From positions 298,592,001 to 298,656,000 of the forward strand of contig OZ024740.1 of the NCBI GenBank assembly GCA_964016885.1: 64,000 nt of DNA. The letters run 5' to 3'. Each line of letters starts with the position of its first letter. Position 1 is the first letter of the stretch. The notes below the pieces were generated by a model. The model was not told the origin of the DNA. It made no database searches and saw only the letters and a program-made list of their open reading frames with translations. Positions 1 to 13,120 of this stretch are shown piece after piece. Origin of the DNA: Eledone cirrhosa (Eukaryota). The translations under genes were made by a program, and so were the position numbers.

Positions 1-1534
1 TGTAGCTCCATTATATACAATGATTGTAGCCATGGTTTGGTCAAAGAAGACTTATACATTTAGCCATGATGATTTTTGTCTCGTCATCAATATTTGTATT
101 TATTTTTAAAGATAGACGATGATATTTAAAAAAAGTTTTGACAAAGTTTTGTCAGAATTAAATTTAAAGTTATTCACAACTTGGGTAATCTTTCCTTTCA
201 GATTGTTTTAATCCTACAATTGTATTTAAATGTTCATAGTTAGCAGTTTTTTTGGTGAATTCTTTTGAAATGTTATTTCGCTTATTTCTTTATATGTGTA
301 ACACTACAATGTTAAATTATATGTAACATTTATATAGATATGTTACAATATATGTAATGTTTAAACACTTATGTACAAATATTTGTATGCAATCTTACCA
401 TATTCTGTATCTCAACTTTTCCAATATATAGTATTATAAGCAGTGATTACACATGTCTGAGTAACAGACTGACTACAATGGTTGCCATTGTGTATGTATG
501 AGTATATATATGCATGTATATGTATTTATGTGTGTGTGTGTGTGTCAAGTTCAATTGGGGGTAACCACAGTAAGTAAGATACTCAATACAGAGTAGAGTA
601 TAACTGTTTAATACAGAAATGGCTTCTACAGGACTAGAACTGTTTCATTCAAGGAAATTGTCAGGAAATATATATATCAACAGGTTAAAATTAACTTTGT
701 TTATTCATATTTGCTGTTATATATATATATATTCCGGTGATTACCATTATGCAACAGCTATGACTTCATCAGACAGCTAGAATTTGAACATAAAAAACAG
801 AATGATGGAATAAAGTTTACTTCTGTTATTTTGATTTTTTTTTACATGTCAGTGCTGAAGTATGGTATCTTTTCTCAAACCACTGGTTGCATATGATTTA
901 GAATGAATGAATTCAAGCATCAGTAGAATTCACCTCCTTCCCATAGGTCAGATTTAGTTTCACCATTTGCATAACAAGTCTATTGAATTTCTTAGGTCAG
1001 TTGTCCTGGAATCAGGTCAGTTGGTTAGGGTTGTTTTTAGCAACAAACAATAATAACTGTATATACTCTGAATATAAGGGTGATTTGTACTCTATGATCT
1101 CTGTAGTTGTATTAGTGGCAGTAGTGTTAATATACTACTACCACAACATACAACTTCCCTGATTGAAAGCAATTGTATTGGAGTTACTTGTGAAAATTTC
1201 ACATATTTAAAAAGATATGGGTTCATTTAGAAATGTGTATGCTTATCAATATTAAGAGTCATGATAATAAAGGTATTAAAATTATAATCCATATTGTAAA
1301 TATATAATACACACATGCACACACATATCTACATACACACATGCACACACATATTTACATACATATATACATATATAAACATATATATACACACACTTAT
1401 ATACAAACACACATATAGACAGATACATGTCCTTTAGAAAGGTGAAAGTAGAAATTACATGTATCTCCTATTTACTTATCAAAGTTTGTATTGACATTTA
1501 TGGACAAAAGGAATTAGGTTGGATATATATATAT

Positions 1535-4500
1535 ACAAATCTCAGAATTTGTCAACTCTTATTAATGGTCAGTCCACTTCTACGAACTTCTACGAAATGT
1601 AATGTAAAAATACCATTTTCTCCTTGCCTCCCCACCCTTTGGTTCATTCATCCATATATCTGTATAATCGCCCAGAATCCAAATCGTACTTCTTAATTGC
1701 TATTCTATAATTTTGTCTGGCTGTTCTAAATAATCTTCTCCACGCTAACTACCCCATACCCCTCCTGCCCGCCCCCACTCTCCACCTTTATTATTTGGAC
1801 CAATCACAAGTCAACGGCCTATGCACTTCTGGTTGCTTTTCGATATGATGGATGGACTAAGAAATTTCTGGAGAGCCTGAAGAATCTGGACACTCGAAGA
1901 CAATGCCAAAGATAACGACAAATTCACCTCATGCTGCCGGACGAAAGGGCAAGGCCCCCTCCTCTTTGTTGCGGCCGCGGATGGCCAACATAACCCCAAC
2001 CCCATCCCCCTCACCCCTCCCTGCGCCTCACCCACCAAACGCAATCCAAAACTTCAGAGTTGGTACCATGAATGTAGGCACCTTAAAAGCCGCTATAACG
2101 AGGTTGTAGAAATGCTTGAACATAAGGAGGTTGATGTTTGCTGTATCCAAGAGACCAGGTGGAGGGGTGGGTCTGCTAGATTCATTGTGGGTAAAAAACG
2201 ATGCTATAAGCTTTTCTGGGTGGGAAATGACAATGGGCTGGGTGGGGTAGGAATCATGTTAGCAGAAAAATGGGTGGATAAGATAATAGACGTAAATAGA
2301 GTGAATGACAGAATAATTAAAATAAGACTTGTTCTAAATAGAACTACTGTGACATTAATATCTGTGTACGCACCCCAATTCGGACTTCCTGGCGCTATAA
2401 AAGACAGATTCTATGAGACACTGATGCTCACTACCTCCCAAATAACCGACAGTGACTATATAATTATTGCTGGCGACCTAAATGGTCACGTTGGGTAACA
2501 TTGTGACAGTTATGACGGAATCCACGGAGGCTATGGGTTTGGTACTAGAATTCTGTGACGCAAATAACCTAACTATCTGTAACACTAACTTCAAAAAACG
2601 AGACAATCACTTGATCACCTACAGATCAGGGGAACATACCAGCCAGGTAGATTATATCCTTTCCAGAAGATGTGACAGAGTGTCTGTTGTAAACACTAAA
2701 TCCCTCCCCCATGAAGAATGCACCTCCCAACATAGACTGATAATTAGTGACCTCATAGTCAGGAGGAGACGTACTCGACAGCAGAAGAGGACTATCCTCA
2801 GGAGAAAAATATGGAAGTTAAAGGACCCCACAGCCAGTAATAAATTTAAAAGCATATTACTTGATGCTTTCGACAGTAAGGAAGAGCATTTAGAGTCGTA
2901 CACTAGAGAGGAACAGTGGGAATTCCTGAAAGCAAACCTGCTGATGGCGGCAGACGAAGTCTGTGGCTGGAGCAGGCCTATAGGCAGGAGGAGAGTAATA
3001 TGGTGGTGGAACAGTAAGGTGGAGGAGTCAATTAAGGCCAAAAAGCAGGCTTGGAAAGTATGGCGGGATGGGGGAAGTAGAGAAGACTATCAAGTGGCCA
3101 GGAGGGAAGCTAGGAGACAAGTGTACTTCGCAAGAAGGGAAGCAGAGGAAAGAAAGTTCAAGCATGTTCTACAACGCGAGGACCAAAAACGTGAGGTGTT
3201 CAGGATTGCTAGGCAATGTGTCAAGGAAAACCGTGATATTGTCAGGGAGAAGTGTGTCCTTAATGATGATGGTGTACTTGCCATCACTGACGCTGATAAG
3301 AAGGTAGCTTGGAAGTGTCACTACGAAAGGCTACTAAATGAGGAGAATAAATGGGAGAAAGACAGTCTCCCCCACATTGACCCAATAGAGGGACCAGCAG
3401 TGTTAGTCGAAGGTAGTATAATAAGTAAGGCAATCAAAGATATGAAGACGGGTAAGGCGGCTGGGCCTTCAGAAATAGTTGCTGAAATGCTGAAAGCTTC
3501 TGGAACGGTGGGACACACCATGGTCACCTGGATAGTAAACCAAGTCATACAGAATGGGGTTGTTCCGAAGGACTGGCGTAGCATCATCATCCTTAACTGC
3601 TACAAGGGTAAAGGAGATGCTCTAGATAGGGGAAACTATAGAGGCATTAAGTTAGTTGACCAGGTCATGAAGGTCACAGAAAGAGTTATAGCAGAACTAA
3701 TCAGAGAGCGAATTGATCTAGATGAAATACAGTTCGGGTTTGTGTCAGGTAAAAGTACCACAGACGCTCTTTTCATTGTACGACAAGTACAGGAGAAGTA
3801 CCTAGCTAAAAGTAAACCCCTATACTTAGCCTTTGTCGACTTGGAGAAAGCCTTTGACAGAGTCCCCCGTTCCATTATCTGGTGGGCTCTTAGAAAACTA
3901 GGTGTTGATGAATGGCTTGTGAGAGCTATACAAGCCATGTATAAAGAAACAGTCAGCAAGGTTAGAATTAACAACAAATATAGTGAAGAGTTTAGCGTAA
4001 AAATTTGTGTTCATCAGGGCTCCGTTCTTAGCCCCCTACTATTTATTATTGCCCTTCAGGCTATAACAGTGGAGTTCAAGACTGGCTGCCCATGGGAACT
4101 CCTATATGCAGATGATCTAACGCTCATAGCTGAATCAATGACCGAACTAGAGAAGAAATTCCAAACATGGAAGCATGGCCTAGAAGCAAAAGGCCTTAAA
4201 ATTAACCTGTCTAAGACTAAAGTTCTAGTTTGTAGAAAGGAAAATAGGGCGCCGGTCCCATCCAGGAAATGGCCTTGCCCAGTGTGTAGGAAAGGAGTAG
4301 GTAGAAACTTCATTTTATGTCCCAAATGCAAAGTATGGGTGCATAAAAGATGTAGTGGGATCACAGGTAAGCTAACTAAGAATATAGATTTTATATGTGG
4401 CCGGTGCTCTGGTGCAATAAGTAGCAGCAAGTGCCCACAGAATACTAGCTCATTCCATTGCACAGATGGTTCTATAGAAATAGTGGACAGCTTCCGTTAC

Positions 4501-5446
4501 CTGGGTGACAAAATCAGAAGTGGGGGAGGGTGCTCTGAAAGTACAGTAGCTAGAGTCAGAACTGGATGGAAAAAGTTCAGAGAGCTTATACCACTATTAG
4601 CCGCTAAAGGGTTCTCCCTAAAAATGAAAGGCAGGCTGTATGATGCCTGCATACGAACAGCAATGTTGCATGGCAGTGAGACCTGGGCATTGTGTGCAGA
4701 GGATATACGCAGACTGGAGAGGAACGAAGCTTGGATGCTCCGCTGGATGTGTAATAGTAATATACGTGAACGGCAAAGCATAAACGAACTAAGGGAAAAA
4801 TTAGAAATAAGAGGGATCAGATGTTGTTTACTCGAGAGAAGACTACATTGGCATGGTCACGTGATGCGCATGAAAGACGACAGCTGTATAAAAAAGTGCA
4901 GGGCAATAAAAATAGAAGGTAGCCACAGAGTAGGCAGACCCAGAAAAACCTGGGACGACTTCATAAATTCCGACCTCACACACTTGCACCTCTCCAAGAC
5001 AATGTCACTGGACCGAGATCTTTGGTGCTACACAGTAATACAGAAGACCCGCCTTACCTAAGTACAAAGCGAAACCTACTACAGTCAGTAGGCCCCTCTA
5101 ACAAAATACACCCCCGTCCCACTACCCCCACCCCGTCCACACCACCCCTTTCAATGTAAAAGTTATGTTGGTACCACAACATCCAGCCCGAAACAAATGA
5201 GGTCGTGTAGGCGTCACGATAAAAAAAACACAGTCCATGCTGTAATGTGGCCGTGTAGGTAACACGGTAAAAACCTCCCAGTTCCACACTGTAAATGTGG
5301 TTGGTGTTCGGAAGGGCATCCAGCCGTAGAAAACCCGCCAGACAGTCCTATGCGAGCATGACAACCACTCTTGCCTCAAGTGGGAAAACTCACGTCCAAA
5401 TCCATGCAAGCGTGGAATATGGACGTTAAACGATGATGATGATGAC
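1535..5446 (+). mobile_element. Near-full-length RTE-clade LINE (APE endonuclease + RT + PHD-type Zn finger) with (GAT)n tail; 5' boundary approximate
   Basis: APE motifs (VGTMNVGTL, CCIQETRW, GDLNGHVG, SQHRL), RT motifs (GNYRGIKL, QFGF, FVDLEKAFD, HQGSVLSPLLF, LLYADD), RTE C-terminus (HGSETW...GRPRKTW), tail gatgatgatgatga at ~5432-5445; TA runs on both flanks. Confidence 0.95.
1903..5061 (+). pseudogene. Disrupted RTE ORF (pieces 1903-2109, 2112-2498, 2482-5061)
   Basis: Frameshift near 2090, TAA after GHVG at 2496-2498 and a deletion/frameshift near 2540; the RT-containing 859-aa portion is open. Confidence 0.9.
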
Positions 5447-5595
5447 ATATATAGCCAAAGATTAATATGATTCATTGATTACTCAATGAATATAGTTTTA
5501 CAATAGATTAAAAGCACTCTACAATGAAATTTTCTGGAGTTATTAATATTATTCAAAATACTAATAAATGAAGACATTCACATAATCAAAATATG

Positions 5596-5657
5596 TTTTA
5601 TTATATATATTTCGAAGGTACTGTGCTGTTTTTTCAGTACGTCCTCGTCAGATAAAA
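5596..5657 (-). ncRNA. Minimal type I hammerhead ribozyme (left pLTR)
   Basis: UUUUAU CUGACGA GGACGUACUG-loop-CAGUACCUUC GAAA UAUAUA UA AUAAAA: complete core, 6-bp stem I, palindromic stem III, AUA site. Confidence 0.8.
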
Positions 5658-6438
5658 TACATGAATTAATGTATGACATAACTCAATGGTCTTGATGGTT
5701 CAATTGGCAGTGATTTATTACAACAAATCTCAATATTTATATACCCCAAATAATAACATGATAAACTTAAATTTAATGAAGAAGAGGATGTGGAGCGAGA
5801 TATAGGTATAAGGAGGAGGTGAGTATGAAGAAATGCAAGAAGAAATAAATAAATAAATACATACATAAATATTTAAATGCGTAAATATACGTGTTAGGGA
5901 AGAAAAAGGAAGAGAGAAGAAGAAAGACGTAACTGACCGTTGTTTTCAAATATTAAGTCAAATAGAAGCAACCAATTAAATACCATGAACATTTTTAATA
6001 TCTTTTGTATTTGGTTATGTTTAAGCTAATTATACTAATATATTATATCAAAATTAAACAATATAAAAATATTTTCTATGATAATCATAAGCATAGTTTA
6101 ATTAATATATTTACTAAATATTTTGTTACAAAATTAAAAAACATTTTTATCTATGAAGCAAGTTTAAATACATATTAAATATCTATTAGGATATTTACTA
6201 CAACCTATGCATATATCACCATCAGTATATGTATTTTATATAATGTTAAGAATTATTATCTGAATTATTCTATTTTCATTATAAAATCATTTCAATTCAT
6301 TGGTTGTCATTTCATTACAGGATTAATAAGTAGTTATATTTACTCTTAAAAGTATTATTATTTCGATTTTACTTCTGTAATTACATCTTATTATATATAG
6401 TTTCCCTTTAAGGATTTTTTGTATATTATTAAACTGTA

Positions 6439-6536
6439 AAATCCCGTTGAGGTTAACTTTGCCTTACGGGGTCGATAAAATAAAGTACCAGTAATACACT
6501 GGATAATTGCTGGCCTTGTGCCAAAAGTAGAAACAA
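6439..6536 (+). mobile_element. 5'-truncated tRNA-derived SINE with target-site duplication
   Basis: Matches the 3' part of the SINE at 15678-15866; flanked by duplicated ttattaaactgta. Confidence 0.85.
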
Positions 6537-6891
6537 TTATTAAACTGTATAAATCATGTTAAATATACATTATCAATCCATTTGAATAGAATTATTTACG
6601 AAGAATGTAAACAAAAGAGGATAACTCGTTCAACTTATGTGATCATTTATGATATTTAAGTGCTTTGAAAGCCAAAAGATATTTCAAACTGCAAATTAAA
6701 AAATTTCTGGTTATACAATGACCATTCTAAATCCGAACTTAAGATACTGAGTCTCATCATGAGATTAATTTACTATATAAAAACGATATACAATTTTTAA
6801 GGTAAGGCAAAACATTATATATATATATATAATAATAATAATAATAATATTTCAAGAATTATTAATAATAGTCAATATTTTTTCTTCATAG

Positions 6892-7260
6892 TCAGTATTT
6901 TTTTTCTAAATTTCTATAATGCTTGAAATGTTGACAAGTTCCGAATAATTCTCTTTTCTTATTAATTAAATTACCATAATTGGTAATTATTAATAGAGTT
7001 TCCAAATTGCAAAGATTGCAATTTGGTGAAATGGAAGCGTTTCGATAGGAATCAGAATTCTTTAGTTTACTCCAAGAAATTGAGTATTTAATATTTTTCT
7101 CTTTTAAAGACCATATTAATTGTGATAATGAATTAGAAATTTTTTTATCTGGATTAGAGAATGTATGTTTGTGATTGAAAAAGCGAAACTTAAAGTTCGA
7201 TGAAGTGGCACCTATGTAGTTATAAGTATTATTATTATTTGTCTTAATGGTACATTTATA
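6892..7260 (-). CDS. Penelope-like GIY-YIG endonuclease, 5'-truncated 122-codon open frame without ATG
   Basis: Manual translation: YKCTIKTNNNNTYNYIGATSSNFKFRFFNHKHTFSNPDKKISNSLSQLIWSLKEKNIKYSISWSKLKNSDSYRNASISPNCNLCNLETLLIITNYGNLINKKRELFGTCQHFKHYRNLEKKY*; shares motifs with the fragments at 29671 and 33018. Confidence 0.88.
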   Translation of the reverse strand, partial: YKCTIKTNNNNTYNYIGATSSNFKFRFFNHKHTFSNPDKKISNSLSQLIWSLKEKNIKYSISWSKLKNSDSYRNASISPNCNLCNLETLLIITNYGNLINKKRELFGTCQHFKHYRNLEKKY

Positions 7261-7565
7261 TTAGTATAATATAAGTATTATTATTATTTGTCTTAATGGT
7301 ACATTTATATTAGTATAATTAACTATATATTAGTATAATTAACAAAAGATATTAAAAAATTTTGTGGTATTTAATTTGTCACTTCTATTTGACTTAATAT
7401 TTGAAAACAACGCTCACGCATTATTTCTCTTTCTTCCTTCTTTCTTTCTTTCTTTCCTTTTTGCAGTTACGTCTTTCTTCTTCTCTCTTCTATCTCTCTC
7501 TTCCTTTTTCTTCCCTAACACGTATATTTACGCATTTAAATATTTATGTATGTATTTATTTATTT

Positions 7566-8685
7566 AATGCAAAGTATGGGTGCATAAAAGATGTAGTGGG
7601 ATCACAGGTAAGCTAACTAAGAACATAGATTTTACATGTGGCCGGTGCTCTGGTGCAATAAGTAGCAGCAAGTGCCCACAAAATACTAGCTCTTTCAACT
7701 GCGCAGAGGGCTCTATAGAAATAGTGGACAGCTTCCGTTACCTGGGTGACAAAATCAGCAGTGGGGGAGGGTGCTCTGAAAGTACAGTAGCTAGAGTCAG
7801 AACTGGATGGAAAAAGTTCAGAGAGCTTATACCACTATTAGCCGCTAAAGGGTTCTCCCTAAAAATGAAAGGCAGGTTGTATGATGCCTGCATACGAACA
7901 GCAATGTTGCATGGCAGTGAGACCTGGGCATTGTGTGCAGAGGATATACGCAGACTAGAGAGGAACGAAGCTTGCATGCTCCGCTGGATGTGTAATAGTA
8001 ATATATGTGAACGGCAAAGCATAAACGAACTAAGGAAAAAATTAGAAATAAGAGGGATCAGATGTTGTTTACTCGAGAGAAGGCTACGTTGGTATGGACA
8101 CGTGATGCGCATGAAAGTCGATAGCTGTATAACAAAGTGCAGGGCAATAAAGATAGATGGTAGCCACGGAATAGGCAGACCTAGAAAAACCTGGGACGAG
8201 CTGATAAACTCCGACCTCACACACTTACACCTCTCCAAGACAATGTCACTGGACCGAGACCTTTGGCGGTACTCAGTAATAGAGAAGACCCGCCTTACCT
8301 AAATACATAGTAAAACCTACTACAGTCAGTAGGCCCCTCTAACAAAATACACCCCCGTCCCACCACCCCCACCCCATCCACACCGCCCCCTTCTATGTAA
8401 AGTTATGTTGGTGCCACACCATCCAGGCCGAAACAAATGAGATCGTGTAGGTGTCACGACAAAAAAACACAGTCCACGCTGTAATGTGGCCGTGTAGGCA
8501 ACACAGTAAAAACCTCCCAGACCCACACTGTAAATGTGGTTGGTGTTAGGAAGGGCATCCAACTGTAGAAAACCCACCAGACAGTCCTATGCGAGCAAGA
8601 CAATCACTCTTGCCTCAAGTGGGAAAACCCCCGTCCAAACCCATGCAAGCGTGGAACACGGACGTTAAACGTTGATGATGATGAT
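7566..8685 (+). mobile_element. 5'-truncated copy of the same RTE family (ORF 7580-8302), inserted in the right pLTR
   Basis: Highly similar to 4325-5446, with (GAT)n tail; the flanks rejoin to match the left arm. Confidence 0.95.
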
Positions 8686-8880
8686 TTCTTCTTGCATTTC
8701 CTCATACTCACCCCCTCCTTATACCTATATCTCACTCCACATCCTCTTCGTCATTAAATTTAAGTTTATCATGTTATTATTTGTGGTATATAAATATTGA
8801 GATTTGTTGTAATAAATTACTGCCAATACTGGAATTGAACCATCAAGACAGTTGAGGTATGTCATACATCAATTCATGTA

Positions 8881-8942
8881 TTTCATCTGACGAGGACGTA
8901 CTGAAAAAACAGCACAGTACCTTCGAAATATATATAATAAAA
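8881..8942 (+). ncRNA. Hammerhead ribozyme (right pLTR copy, one stem I mismatch)
   Basis: UUUCAU CUGACGA ... CUUC GAAA UAUAUA UA AUAAAA. Confidence 0.72.
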
Positions 8943-9338
8943 CATATATTTTAATTATGTGAATGTCTTCATTTATTAATATTTTGAATAATATATACAT
9001 ACATATATATATATATATATTCAAAACAGGAGGGTGCACAGGAGAAAAACAATGGAAAAAACAATGTAAAAGTGGACAGTCTTTATTTGCGTAATTCGTC
9101 AAAAGGCATAACTTGTCCCGTCTTTGTATTGAACTCTTTTGTTACATCCCAATGTGCATTGGAATGAATAGTATCAACCTTCATGTACCGAAACTGTAGT
9201 GATTTCCTGAGGCTGACTGAGGAAATGGGACTGTCTGTTTTTCCCATTGACTTTGTCCTTTGTACTCCCTGTTTTGAATTCATATTCTAAAGACTTAGTC
9301 ATGAGAGTCTTTTTGGAAACTATATATACATATATATA

Positions 9339-9491
9339 TACTAATAATAAGAAGGACAAAGTGTTAGGTCTTTATTACATTTATTGAATTGTGATGTGTG
9401 TTTTGCGATTGATCAGTTCAAGGTTCAATCTGTATCAATCTGGCCCAACTCTGGTTATAGTAATGACACTTCGTCCTTTTTGTTATTAGTA
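9339..9491. repeat. ~28-bp imperfect inverted repeat inside a (TA)n-flanked cassette
   Basis: tactaataataagaaggacaaagtgtta ... tgacacttcgtcctttttgttattagta. Confidence 0.75.
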
Positions 9492-10483
9492 TTACACTCT
9501 GCTTAGTACTACACCAATATACCTACTGGAAACTAAACATCGCGTGCTCACTCCAGTGAACATACAGTAACTGGACATTACATATATATATATATAAGAG
9601 GAAGTACTGGAATTGTTAGCAGAGAAGGCAGTTGATGATGTTGACTGGTGTATTGAGTGATATTCATGTAATTAGAGTTTGAATTGTTGATAGTAGGAAT
9701 GTGGATGGAAATGGAATGATGTGTTTCTGTGGAGAAAGAATTAGTTAAAATGTTTAGTAATAGAATTAGTAAAAGTGGTGATGGCAGGAAGGGGAGCAGC
9801 TGCATAGAGTTGAGGTTATTTAGCTTCTAGTGTGCTCTAATTCAGAAAGACTATTATGTAAGAAGTTCTAGCCAGGTCCTTGATGTGACTGAAGAGGTCT
9901 CCCTATTCTTATGGTATTTATGTTGGAATGCCAACGACGTTATGAAGTGTATCAATTGCATTCTATAGTGGTACCAACACTAGAGAAGTTGCTTTGTTCC
10001 AAGTCAAACATGATCAAAAATGAAATGAGAAATAGAGTGGAGGTTAAGAGGGAGAGATGCATGATGAGTGTGGCAGGGGAGACTGTTACTAATTCATTGG
10101 ATACTTTTTATTGTTTCAGGTATCACGAGATGAAGCTATCAGCCTAATTAGAACTGATGTTTTAGAAAAGGTGAAAGGTGAGTAAGAAATAATTAGAGTA
10201 GTTTTCTTCCTATTTTTTTTTTCAATTTGATAGAACAACTATTATTCCTTTGGATTTGACAGCTTGGACATTGCGAAAATCTGCAATCGGTAAAATACCA
10301 GGTTTATGAAATGGAGTTAACACATGTATTGGCGCAGGCATAGCTGTGTAGTTAAGCGGTTTGGTTTGTAATCATGTATTTATTGCTAGGTGTCTGATCA
10401 ATGCCCTGTGAATGAAATTTAGTAAATAGAAACTGTGCCAAACTCTGCTGTATATGTGTGTGTGCGTGTATGTATGTATGTAC

Positions 10484-10517
<34 letters not shown>

Positions 10518-10521
<4 letters not shown>

Positions 10522-11024
10522 TCATCATCATCATCGTTTAACATCCATCTTCCACGAGTGGTTGTCTTGCTCGCATAGGACTGTCTGGTGAGTTTTCTAC
10601 GGCTGGATGCCCTTCCTAACACCAACGACATTTACAGTGTGGAACTGGGAGGTTTTTACCGTGTTACCTACACGGCCACATTACAGCGTGGACTGTATTT
10701 TTTTGTCGTGACACCTACACGACCTCATTTGTTTCGGACTGGATGTTGTGGTACCAACATAACTTTACATTGAAAGGGATGGTGTGGATGGGGTGGGGGT
10801 AGTGGGACAGGGGTGTATTTTGTTAGAGGTGCCTACTGACTGTAGGTTTCACTTTGTACTTAGGTAAGGCGGGTCTTCTGTATTACTGTGTAGCACCAAA
10901 GATCTCGGTCCAGTGACATTGTCTTGGAGAGGTGTAAGTGTGTGAGGTCGGAATTTGTCAAGTTGTCCCAGGTTTTTCTGGGTCTGCTTACTCCGTGGCT
11001 ACCGTCTATTTTTATTGCCCTGCA
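10518..11024 (-). mobile_element. RTE 3' fragment with internal deletion, between TA arrays
   Basis: Reverse complement of ~4897-5444, starting at (ATC)n. Confidence 0.92.
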
Positions 11025-11040
11025 ATATATATATATATAT

Positions 11041-11177
11041 AGTAATAATAATAAATGTGAAGACTAAAATCCAAAGAGGGCTTGATAAGGATAAATATAT
11101 ATCAAATATAAAAGAACCCAAGAGCAAATATTTATTAAAATAACAGATTAAAGTTTAAGCAAAAAATTGCTGCTTTC
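11041..11177. repeat. Dispersed repeat, also present at ~32507-32644
   Basis: agtaataataataaatgtgaagactaaa...aagtttaagcaaa is shared, and both copies start directly after (TA)n. Confidence 0.85.
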
Positions 11178-11491
11178 ACCCATAACGAGATCTTCTGAAA
11201 CTAAAAAAAATCAATCTATGAACGCAGGAGTAAATATTTCGAAAAACGTTGCAACCGAAGGAAAACAGGAAGACGATACTTTGGTTTGTGAAGACGTTCC
11301 CTGGCAATGAACGGAAAAAAGCAAAGATAATAACATCATTGAACAAATACACGCAAAGACAAAACTACGTTTATAGTATAAATGGAGTCATTGACTAATA
11401 TTCTATTTAGGAAACCGAATGATTCTCGGCTTCGGAGTTAAGAATAATATAAATAAATTAGTAGAAGGAAAATGACAAAGGTTATTAAAGT

Positions 11492-11495
<4 letters not shown>

Positions 11496-11530
<35 letters not shown>

Positions 11531-11598
11531 AATAAAGATTCAGCGAGAATTGCATTTCGGCGGGCAGGAAAAGCCAAGCGAAACGCAAAAATCCGAAA

Positions 11599-11652
<54 letters not shown>

Positions 11653-11661
11653 TTCTTTCCT

Positions 11662-11705
<44 letters not shown>

Positions 11706-11714
11706 TTCTTTCCT

Positions 11715-11766
<52 letters not shown>

Positions 11767-11775
11767 TTCTTCCCT

Positions 11776-11818
<43 letters not shown>

Positions 11819-12053
11819 TAAAAAAATAATGAATAAAACAATGAAACAGTTCCTTATATTAAACAAAAAAAGTTCATTATTTAACGATCGTTTCTAGGAT
11901 ATATATGTGTTAGAATTTTTATCTTGACTCTGTATTCCGTTTATCTTTCACCGAAAGTGATTTTTCATTGCATCTCTTCTTTCCATGATATCCGGATTAC
12001 ATTGAGTTCTTCATACGGATTGGACACTACCGTAAACTCTTGGTAGATTTATC

Positions 12054-12084
<31 letters not shown>

Positions 12085-12101
12085 GCTTCTTCTTTCCTTA
12101 T

Positions 12102-12131
<30 letters not shown>
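11496..12131. repeat. (TA)n arrays with a recurring tgcttctttccttatta spacer
   Basis: Spacer variants at ~11650, 11703, 11764 and 12084. Confidence 0.85.
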
Positions 12132-12132
<1 letters not shown>

Positions 12133-12819
12133 GATGTTTGTTTATGTCATGCATACATGTGTCCTATTGCTCAGCAATTTCAACTCTAAAATTTGGTGAA
12201 ATAGATATCTTATTTGATTTTGAGTTTCATACTTAGAAACGAATATGGAATTATGCCAAGAAGTGTATCCAGTCATAGAATACTGCTTCAGAAAATATCT
12301 TGATTAACCCAATATGGAATTGCAGATGTAAAAAACAGATGATGGTGATGTTAACCTTTGGCACGCTAGTAATTGTTATGAGTTGTTTCCCTTGACACTG
12401 CATTATCTATTCAGGGGAGATTACTATATGGTGCATTTTGTCGCCTCCAGTGCCCAGAAAATTAAATACTTAGTGTATGAAACAGGAACTAGCTTACTCA
12501 TGGTTTTGAGCTGGAATAACATTAGAACTGTTTTCGTGTTACATTTCTGAGATAGATTAATTAGCATGTTACCCATTGGCAAAGATGTCTTTTCATTTAA
12601 CAATGTCAGCTAAAGTTAAAAATGAACTGTCATGTAAATAAAGTATTAACATATAAGTTGTGAGATTAACACCACTGCAGATGTGTTTCTTTTCTTATTA
12701 CCTTTGGTCTCGAGCAAGGTACAGTGTCCATGACCTTCATAGGATCTTTAATAGCTGTATGATTAATTCCATGGATGTCCTACATGAACTGATGGTAGTC
12801 AACACACTTACGAAAGACA

Positions 12820-13120
12820 TGCATAGGGAAGGAATTCCAGAGGGATGACATTCAGGGGACAAAGGGCTGGCTGTAGTGGTTAGAGGAGAGTTGAACACAA
12901 CATAGTTGTTGAAAAGTAGAGAAACAAATAAATGAATAGTGTCTGAATGGAGGTGGCATAAGGCCAGCTAGCTCTGAGGGGCAGAGGTCATTGTAGTAGC
13001 AGTAGAAGAGGTAGAGAGAGAGGAGACAGCAGGTCTGTGGATCAGAGGCTGGAGGATGTCTGTGTATGCAGTAGCAACACTGTCCCATATTTGGGAGCAG
13101 TCCTTTGAGTTTCACCCTAT
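12820..13120 (-). mobile_element. Decayed CR1/L2-type LINE ORF2 3' end
   Basis: Translation LYLFYCYYNDLCPSELAGLMPPP...NHYSQPFVP followed by MSSLWNSFP; related to 23290-23760. Confidence 0.7.

Larger units (their letters stand above)
5546..8994 (-). mobile_element. 5'-truncated Penelope-like element with inverted pseudo-LTRs
   Basis: 5546-6043 is the reverse complement of 7325-7565 + 8686-8994 (the right arm is split by an RTE). Each arm carries a hammerhead motif, and a GIY-YIG frame lies between the arms. Confidence 0.85.

Noticed and set aside
755-780. CUGAUGA on the minus strand
   Set aside because: No downstream stem II/GAAA, so not a hammerhead
2652-4781. Several minus-strand ORFs over the RTE
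   Set aside because: Antisense shadows of the RTE ORF
9600-10230. Possible CR1 ORF2 middle fragment on the minus strand
   Set aside because: Too decayed to support with clear motifs by eye
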